Source: an uncultured bacterium (GTDB taxonomy: Bacteria; Chloroflexota; UBA5177; JANWHV01). Taken from it: a stretch of 64,000 bases of DNA. The notes under the pieces were generated by a model. The model made no database searches and was not told the origin of the DNA. It worked only from the letters and a program-made list of their open reading frames with translations. This document shows, one piece after another, positions 57,471 through 64,000 of the stretch. Within the stretch, counting starts at the first letter, position 1; each line of letters opens with the position of its first letter. The translations under genes were made by a program, and so were the position numbers. Location: assembly GCA_963729625.1 (NCBI GenBank), contig CAVSOU010000014.1:32001-96000 (forward strand), given 5' to 3'.

Positions 57471-58511
57471 ATGAGTGTCAACCGAACACGACGAGCACTG
57501 CGGCTGGCGATCAGCACATTCCTGCTGCTTGGTGTTGTGTGGCTGCCGGGACGGACCCAGGCGATCGGTACTGCACGGCCGGCTGCTGCTAGACCAGACT
57601 GGACCGCGCAGACCTCCGGCACCAGCGTCTACTTGGACGACGTCGACTGCCCGAACACGACCACCTGCTTCGCCATAGGTCACGACGGCACGCTCCTCGC
57701 GACCACCAACGGGGGCGAAACGTGGACCCGACAGACGTCCGGTACCGCGGAAGTGCTATACGGCATTAGCTGCCCGAGCGCTACCAGGTGTGTTGCCGTG
57801 GCACTCGACGGCACGATTCGCGCGACTGCCGACGGCGGGAAGTCGTGGATCCTGCAGAACTCCGGCACGGAGAACTCTCTGGCGAAAGTGAGCTGCCCGA
57901 GCACTACGACCTGCCTCGCCGTGGGTCCACAAGGCACCATTCTTGGCACCAACAACGGCGGCAAGAGCTGGAGCAGGCAGGTATCCATTACCTCAAACGA
58001 CTTCACCGGCCTCAGCTGCCCGAGCACGCGGATTTGCTTCATAGTAGGTGTGAACGGCACCATCCTGACTAGCACCAACGAGGGCAGCAAGACGCCGACC
58101 TGGAGCCTGCAAACCTCCGGCACCCTGGACTTTCTGATCGGCCTCAGTTGCCCAAGCACCACTACGTGCCTCGCCACGGGAGACAACGATGCCATCCGGG
58201 TCACCACTAACGGCGGTAGGGCGTGGAAGCTACTCACGTCCAACACCAGTTCGTGCAGAACACATGGCCCTGGGTGCGCGACAATGAGTATCAGCTGTCC
58301 AAGCGTCACCACCTGTTTTGCCATGACAGACCTGGGCACCTTTGTGGCCACCAGGAACGGGGGCAAGACGTGGGTCCCGCAAACTGCCCCGAAGCTACCT
58401 CAGAATCCTGCCCATCCTACGTGGGCGCGGATGGCTTATCTGGACTGTCCGAGCACCAGCACCTGCTTCGCCGTGGGCGACAGGGGCGTCATCCTGCGCC
58501 TTCGGAGATAG
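57471..58511 (+). CDS. Secreted BNR/Asp-box (YCF48-like) beta-propeller with seven Cys-paired repeats
   Basis: Signal peptide; 7 x [S/D]CP[S/N]xxxC, most followed by G..GT...T.[N/D]GG.[T/S]W..Q. ATG 57471 follows GGGAG. Confidence 0.85.
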   Translation: MSVNRTRRALRLAISTFLLLGVVWLPGRTQAIGTARPAAARPDWTAQTSGTSVYLDDVDCPNTTTCFAIGHDGTLLATTNGGETWTRQTSGTAEVLYGISCPSATRCVAVALDGTIRATADGGKSWILQNSGTENSLAKVSCPSTTTCLAVGPQGTILGTNNGGKSWSRQVSITSNDFTGLSCPSTRICFIVGVNGTILTSTNEGSKTPTWSLQTSGTLDFLIGLSCPSTTTCLATGDNDAIRVTTNGGRAWKLLTSNTSSCRTHGPGCATMSISCPSVTTCFAMTDLGTFVATRNGGKTWVPQTAPKLPQNPAHPTWARMAYLDCPSTSTCFAVGDRGVILRLRR

Positions 58512-58816
58512 CAGCTTCCATCGAAGCGACCACATCAATAGTGCGCGGGTCGCCGCCGGTCATCATGGCTCTGGATCTCAGTCACCCGTGTCCCGCTCCG
58601 CAGATTCACGCTCGGTTGCATCGTCAACGGCAGGATCCGCTGACGCCCATACAGCGTCGAACGTGGCAGTCAGGCCGGCCGCCGCGCTGCCACGGGGCGT
58701 CGCAGTCACCCCCCTGTTCGTCGCCGGAGTGATGCGCGCCAGTCGGCGCCTGCGTTCCCGAGTCGGCGACTCCGGAACATCCTGCTAATCCCGAGAACTT
58801 GCGCGCCTGCCGGGCA

Positions 58817-58848
58817 TTGTGTGGGTCTTGTGTGGGTTCGCACGTGGG
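58817..58848 (+). promoter_or_regulatory. Helically phased direct repeats, candidate transcription-factor site
   Basis: TTGTGTGGGT at 58817 and 58828 (11-bp period), third GTGGG at 58844. Confidence 0.45.
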
Positions 58849-58953
58849 AAACGAACAGCCACGGGTCCAGAGTGGATCACAGGGATGGCAGGCGGTGGGA
58901 GGTGCGATACGCGTAGCGACCTGAGAATAGCGCGGGGAAGGAGGGGAACCACA

Positions 58954-59229
58954 GTGCCTACCTACATGGTTGAACGTGTCCTGCCAGGCGCCACAGTGGA
59001 ATCGCTCGAGGCCATGTGCCAACAGCTTCAACGCACGTGCAACGGCACTGCCGAGGGCAGCGAAGTGCGCTACCTGCGCAGCACGTTCACGCCGGGCGAC
59101 TCACGCTGCCGCTGCCTGTTCGAGGCGCCCAACGATGACCTGGTGCAGGCGATGAACGAGGTGGCTCAGATCCCGTATATCCGGACCCTTCTCGCCGTGG
59201 AGCTTATCCCCAACGACGTGAAAGAGTAG
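58954..59229 (+). CDS. DUF4242 (SCO4226-like, putative nickel-binding) small protein
   Basis: RBS AAGGAGG; PTYMVER.LPG, VRYLRS...P.D..C.CLFEAP....V...N..A..P. Confidence 0.8.
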   Translation: MPTYMVERVLPGATVESLEAMCQQLQRTCNGTAEGSEVRYLRSTFTPGDSRCRCLFEAPNDDLVQAMNEVAQIPYIRTLLAVELIPNDVKE

Positions 59230-59497
59230 CCCATGGTGACACGTTGACGTCTCCTGCGCGCCTACGGGATCGATATGCAATCTCGCAGCACGACTGCACG
59301 GACCGCGGCATCGCGGCCGAGGATGACTAACCTACCAAGAGAAAGAGGATGGGATGAAACAGCTGGCTGGATGCCGGCCGGGACAAGGCTCTGAGTCCTC
59401 GGATTGCAATTGATTCGACCGCATGGACCATCTGTCTGCTTGCGCAGTCACCCGATCGGCAAGCGGCAGTGGGTGACCGTTCAGGAAGGAATAGAGC

Positions 59498-60592
59498 ATG
59501 AAACGATTCCTCGTTCTCCTCCTCGCCAGCCTGGTCATGGGCATAGGGGCCCCAGCGCTCCAGACGCACGCAGCGAATCACAGCACGTTGGCGGCGGCCA
59601 TGGGAACGCCGCCTACCACGCTGGGCGCGCAGATCGAAACGTATCTCACGGGGCTCGCGGCCAAGAACCAGCTGAGCGGCGTTGTGCTGGTGGCATGGCA
59701 CGGCACGGTGCTCCTGAGCCACGGCTATGGCATGGCCGACCGGGAGCACTCGGTGGCCAACTCACCAAGCACGAAGTATCCGCTCGCCGGCATCAGCTTT
59801 GCCATGTCACTGGTCGCCGCCCTCAAACTGGAGGAGCAGCGCACGCTCCACGACGGGGCGCTGGTCTGCGCCTATTTGCCCTCCTGCCCGGCCGCCTGGA
59901 AGCACCTCACTATCGGTATGGTGATTGACAACACAGCCGGACTTCCCAACTGGGATTGGGAGCATCAGGGGAACACGGTCGCAGATTCGCTGGCCGGCTG
60001 CCAGTCCGAGGCACTGAGCATCACGGTGGACTACCAGAACTGCACAGTTATCGTGCTGGGCACCATCTTCGAGAAAGTGACGGGCAAGCCGTGGGCTACC
60101 GTGATGCGCGCCGCACTCTTCGGGCCGGCCGGCATGGCGCACAGCGGCAGGATAACGGACGCGTTAGTGCCGCCCGCAAGAGCCAGTGCCTACTCGGGCG
60201 ACCAACCGAACCCCGGCACGCACTTCAACACCTACTATCACGTCTACGCCACGCTGCAGGATGTCTACGCGTACGACAACGCCATCTTCGGGGGAAAGAT
60301 CATCTCACAGCATGCCCTGCAGCGGCTCCTGGCACCGAAAACCGAAGTCTCACCGCCCGACGCGGGCATCACCGCTGAGCAGCAGGCTGCGCAATGGAAG
60401 CTCGGGACGCTCGGCGGACATCGAGTAGTCCTTACCACTGGCAGCTCCGCCGCGTTCACTGCGGCCAACGTGCGCTTCCCTAATGACGACGTGACGGTCA
60501 TTGTCCTCAGTAATGAAGATCAGAACGACGTGGAGGCTGTGGCTGTGCAGCTGGCCGAGCTGGTCCTTGGTATACGTCCGACGCCGGCGTAG
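59498..60592 (+). CDS. Secreted serine-hydrolase/beta-lactamase-fold protein lacking the SxxK motif
   Basis: Signal peptide; LSGVVLVA..G...LS.GYGMAD, YPLAGISFAMS at the SxxK position, TAGLP, YQN, FGPAGM, TVIVLSN. Confidence 0.85.
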   Translation: MKRFLVLLLASLVMGIGAPALQTHAANHSTLAAAMGTPPTTLGAQIETYLTGLAAKNQLSGVVLVAWHGTVLLSHGYGMADREHSVANSPSTKYPLAGISFAMSLVAALKLEEQRTLHDGALVCAYLPSCPAAWKHLTIGMVIDNTAGLPNWDWEHQGNTVADSLAGCQSEALSITVDYQNCTVIVLGTIFEKVTGKPWATVMRAALFGPAGMAHSGRITDALVPPARASAYSGDQPNPGTHFNTYYHVYATLQDVYAYDNAIFGGKIISQHALQRLLAPKTEVSPPDAGITAEQQAAQWKLGTLGGHRVVLTTGSSAAFTAANVRFPNDDVTVIVLSNEDQNDVEAVAVQLAELVLGIRPTPA

Positions 60593-60828
60593 GTTGGGGA
60601 CCCGGCAGCCACCATGGGCGTTAGGAGCAACATTCGAATCGCGGGACGCCGACCTGAGGCGGTCGGTGAATGAGGCGGCTCACGTCCCCGACGGCCGGAT
60701 GGTCGTCGCCTTCGACCTCACCTCGGATGCACGCATGGGCGGAGCACAGATAGGCTTCCGACGCACCTCGTACCTAGAGCAATGCAAAACGGGCACATGG
60801 AAGTGCACAGCGAAAGGAAGAAGACGAG

Positions 60829-62694
60829 ATGAGACGACTGATCATAGCGATCTGTCTGGTGCTTGTGGGATGGTGCGGCACGGGTCTGGAGGGAGGTCAA
60901 GCTCTGGCCGCCTCGCTCTGCGTTGGAGGTGGACCTGGCTGCTACTCGACAATTGCTGCAGCCATCACTGCAGCGCACGACGGCGATGTGATTCGCATTG
61001 GCCCAGGCACATTCGCCGGGGGCATCAGCATCGACGTCAGTGTGCAGATCATTGGGGCGGGAGCGGGCGCGACGATCATCTCGGGCGGGGGCCCGGTAGT
61101 GACGATCGGGATTCCGAACGCGGCCGCGGAACCAACCGTGAGTATCGCTGGCGTGACGGTGACCGGCGGCGTGAACCATACCTTCCCCAGCCCCTCGGAC
61201 GCAGAAGGAGGCGGCATCTATGTCTCCCCCTCTGTCGGAGGAGGCGCCCTCACCACGGTGACGATATTCAACTGCGCCATTAGCGGAAACAGCGCCCAGT
61301 CGCTCGTCGGTGACGGAGATTCACCGTCCAACTCCACCAGCAGAGGCGGCGGCATCGCTAACTCCGGGACCTTGGCGCTCGTCAACACTACGGTGAGCGC
61401 CAACACTGCGGCTTGGCATATCAGCCCGGCGCCGGAGCCGGACTTTGACAAAGCCGAGGGCGGCGGCATCGCGAACAATGGCACGGGCACGTTGACCCTG
61501 CGCAACAGCACCGTCAGCGGCAACAGCGCGACTCTCACCACGACTGAGACCTCACGTGGCGACGGGGTAGGTGGCGGAGGCATTCTCAACCAAAATACAA
61601 CGCTGACCGTAGAGAATAGCACCATCGTCAATAACACTGCGAGCTCCGTCACCGCGGCGACCACAAACTTCGACTACGCCATCGGCGGAGGCGTTTTCTC
61701 TGGTGGCACACTGACCGTCAAGAACAGCACGGTCGGCGGCAACTCGGTCAGCTTCTCCACGGCGGCAGTGCAACCCAACCTGTTCGTGCACGGGGGTGGG
61801 ATCGAAGACGGCGGCACGGCGAACATCGACGGGACCGCCGTCAGCGGCAACTCCGTGACGGCGACGACCACCTCGCTAGACGCTAATAGCGGCGTCGGCG
61901 TGGTGGGCGGCGGCATCCACGTCGATGGGACGGCGACCATCCGGGGCAGCCAGATTACCGACAACAGCGTGACGACGACTGCGTACGGCGGCTTTGCCGC
62001 GGCCAACGGCGGCGGCATCGACGACGACGGCTCCCTCGTCCTGCTGGCCAGCAGCGTCCGCGACAATCACACCAGCACCACCCTGACGTCCACGCAGACC
62101 GGTGCGAGTGCCTTTGCCACCGGCGGCGGCATGGATGTGGACGGATCGGCCTCTGTTCTGGGCACGACCTTTAGCGGCAATAGCGCCACGTCGACGACTC
62201 CCGCGGCGACAGCCCCGTTCCCAGGCGGCACCTACGCCTTGGGGGGAGGACTCAATGTCGCGGGCGGGGACGTTCCGGTAGCGACGGTGGCTATGACGGA
62301 TAGCATCGTCGTCGGCAACCGCACCTCTGCCAATTCCACCTCAGGCACGGCGGATGGACCGGGCGGTGGCATCGCAAACAGCGGCATGCTGACCATGCGC
62401 AACACTGCCGTGGGCAACAACACCTCCAGCGCAAACGGCCCTAGCGGTTTCGCGGGAGGCGGGGGCATATGGAACGATCTTCCCCCAGGCCCGCCGTCCC
62501 ATCTGGCTCTCACCGACAGCGCGATCAGCCGCAACAGTGCGATTGGGAGTAGTCAGGGTATCACGGTGCAGGGCGGAGGCCTGTTCAGCGGCTCTAGCGA
62601 CGGCTCGACGGTGATGGCGACCAGGATCGTCATCGCCTTGAACACGCCGGGCAACTGCTACCCACTGCACGTCGTTTCAGGCTGCTTTGGCTAG
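60829..62694 (+). CDS. Secreted parallel beta-helix (GGGI/Pmp-like repeat) protein
   Basis: Signal peptide; Y.TI.AAI.AA..GD.I.I.PG; about 11 GGG[I/V/L/M]...L...NS.V.GN repeats; Cys pairs at both termini. Confidence 0.8.
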   Translation: MRRLIIAICLVLVGWCGTGLEGGQALAASLCVGGGPGCYSTIAAAITAAHDGDVIRIGPGTFAGGISIDVSVQIIGAGAGATIISGGGPVVTIGIPNAAAEPTVSIAGVTVTGGVNHTFPSPSDAEGGGIYVSPSVGGGALTTVTIFNCAISGNSAQSLVGDGDSPSNSTSRGGGIANSGTLALVNTTVSANTAAWHISPAPEPDFDKAEGGGIANNGTGTLTLRNSTVSGNSATLTTTETSRGDGVGGGGILNQNTTLTVENSTIVNNTASSVTAATTNFDYAIGGGVFSGGTLTVKNSTVGGNSVSFSTAAVQPNLFVHGGGIEDGGTANIDGTAVSGNSVTATTTSLDANSGVGVVGGGIHVDGTATIRGSQITDNSVTTTAYGGFAAANGGGIDDDGSLVLLASSVRDNHTSTTLTSTQTGASAFATGGGMDVDGSASVLGTTFSGNSATSTTPAATAPFPGGTYALGGGLNVAGGDVPVATVAMTDSIVVGNRTSANSTSGTADGPGGGIANSGMLTMRNTAVGNNTSSANGPSGFAGGGGIWNDLPPGPPSHLALTDSAISRNSAIGSSQGITVQGGGLFSGSSDGSTVMATRIVIALNTPGNCYPLHVVSGCFG

Positions 62695-63101
62695 CATCCG
62701 GCAGATTGGCCCGCCCGGCCCGTGGCGACCATCAGCGTCTGGACCACTGCAGGGACCGGGGCAGGACCTGACCGGCTGACGATTCGCGACGGCCCCGACA
62801 CGCCGGGGCAGCAAGGAGTGCGCTTGCTGCCCCGGTGACCCTGTTGGAGAAGTAGCCACTACCGCTGTCACCATCGTCTGTGTGCTCCAGTCAACCATGA
62901 TGCCGATCTCCGAGATCGTCAACACCTGGTACTCTAGGATCAAGCCTCAGCGCATGATCGAACTGGGTCGGATGGGCAGGGTCGTGACCAGATGAGGGAC
63001 GGGCCGAGGACCTTCCGTTGGGAGCAACCAACAATGCACTTTTCGTTGCGCCTCCGGACCCTGGTGGCCTCTGGTAAGCACATCGCTCTGGAGCTGCCCA
63101 C

Positions 63102-63155
63102 CTCATAATCGGTTGGTCCCCGGTTCGAATCCGGGAGGGCCCACTCTTCTCTTGA
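63102..63155 (+). repeat. attR: 54-bp direct repeat, copy 2 (displaced tRNA 3' half)
   Basis: Identical to 53266-53319; no tRNA 5' half upstream. Confidence 0.97.
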
Positions 63156-63277
63156 GGAAGACGAGCACACCGCCCGAACTTATCTTATCCGGCTGAGCGC
63201 GGCGCTCGAGCACCAACCGGATCGTATGATCTCTAGCAGGCAGATCTTGGTGCATGGCGCTGTCGATTTTTGCTTAG

Positions 63278-63365
63278 CAGTTCGAGCGGGGCATCCTCGC
63301 CGCGAACCGCAGTCCAGGACCATCAGCGCGTACATCGAGGCGCCGCACTTCTTCAATTCTTACCA
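63278..63365 (+). pseudogene. Probable integrase N-terminal (SAM-like) domain remnant
   Basis: QFERGILAANRSP (frameshift) RTISAYIEAPHFFNSY resembles the F.R.L.A.N.SP.TI..Y pattern of integrase N-termini. Confidence 0.5.
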
Positions 63366-63391
63366 ACGCATCCGACCCCAGAGCTGCCAGT

Positions 63392-63735
63392 GATGTTGTG
63401 GTGACCTGCGAAGGGTCGGGGGTTGCGTCGCGCACCACGACGGAGATTGCCAATCCGTGCGTGGTGATTGAAGTGCTGTCTGAGAGCACCGAGCATTACG
63501 ACAGGACGCAGAAGTTCGAATACTACCGTGCCTGTGAGAGCTTGCTCGAGTATGTGTTGGTTAACACGGATCGGCAGCTCGTGGAGGTGTATCGGCGAGA
63601 CCCCGATGGGCACTGGGGCCTCTTCAGCATGCATGGCCCGGCCGACAGCGTGCGGTTGGCCGCGCTCGACGTCACCTTCCCGGTGAGTACCCTCTATGAG
63701 CGCACCGATGTGCCCGAGACACTCCCAGCCAAGAG
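63392..63735 (+). pseudogene. 5'-truncated Uma2 (DUF820) PD-(D/E)xK family endonuclease
   Basis: DVVVTC...NP.VVIEVLSESTE.YDR..KF..Y....SL.EYVLV; the N-terminal part with HEY..G is missing. Confidence 0.75.
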
Positions 63736-63784
63736 CGCTCGCCCCGGACGGCGCCGACGGACCTGGATGGCACGCATGGGCCCG

Positions 63785-64000
63785 CCAGCTGCCCCTGCTG
63801 GGCCAGATCGCCCAAGCGGAAGCCAGAAGGCATCTGCGCGCAGGTAATAGCTGCCGCCAGGACCGCACGTATCCGCGCCTTGTTCAGATCGATCCCTCCA
63901 ATGCGGGTACGGCCAAGGTGGGACGAGGTCGGCACGGGTCGGACGCCGCGCCGGAGACGAGGGCCCGATCCAGCTTGAAGATGGAGTCCAGCCAGCGATT
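63785..64000 (-). pseudogene. Frameshifted fragment of an uncharacterised, probably mobile-element-associated protein
   Basis: NRWLDSIFKLDRALVSG (frameshift ~63935) VPTSSHLGRTRIGGIDLNKARIRAVL.A......P.GF...DLA. Family recalled from memory; runs off the window edge. Confidence 0.45.

Larger units (their letters stand above)
53266..63155. mobile_element. tRNA-Ile2-integrated genomic island (~9.8 kb), integrase decayed
   Basis: Perfect 54-bp att duplication, tyrosine-integrase remnant next to attL, accessory cargo. Confidence 0.9.

Noticed and set aside
59498-60592. Functional beta-lactamase resistance gene
   Set aside because: SxxK and the HxG/KTG triad are missing.
63102-63143. Second tRNA gene
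   Set aside because: Only the 3' half is present; there is no acceptor 5' strand or D arm.
94-63868. Numerous overlapping Arg/Pro-rich ORFs in the track (e.g. 7531-8145, 52245-53072, 53975-54835, 60501-61283)
   Set aside because: Shadow or antisense frames of well-supported genes, expected at high GC; no motifs or RBS.
1-64000. CRISPR array or cas genes
   Set aside because: I saw no regularly spaced 25-45 bp repeats with unique spacers and no Cas motifs; the repeats seen are intragenic protein repeats or att sites.

Overview
64 kb of a GC-rich bacterial chromosome. A T-box, MutS2, frequent TGn-extended -10 promoters and tRNAs without encoded CCA suggest a monoderm, possibly Chloroflexota-like (inference only). 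Positions 1-53.2 kb are mostly housekeeping and metabolic: the iolD 3' end, a YeaK-like deacylase, cfa, CheC/HDOD, trxA, a patatin, VIT1/CCC1, a polysaccharide locus (rfbF, PIG-L, epimerase, three GT2, flippase, GH26), galM, FapA-PilZ, mpg, a CNNM protein, prs, glmU, cvpA, padR, two PAP2 paralogs, a LacI-controlled ABC/cyclase operon, tRNA-Gln, mutS2, rsfS, and a Phe T-box ahead of DUF62-pheS-pheT. Two things stand out. (1) A tyrosyl-tRNA synthetase carries a complete N-terminal free-standing-type B3/4 (tRNA-editing-like) domain. (2) A ~9.8 kb island in tRNA-Ile2(CAT), bounded by a perfect 54-bp att duplication, encodes a 1139-aa XRE-HTH / STAND ATPase / Ser-Thr kinase / TM / pseudo-beta-lactamase protein. 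The island also holds a secreted, likewise SxxK-less paralog of that ectodomain, a 7-repeat Cys-rich BNR propeller, a beta-helix protein and a DUF4242 protein. Two unassigned structured-RNA candidates and decayed mobile-element fragments are also noted. All calls come from reading motifs by eye; no searches were run and novelty is unverified.
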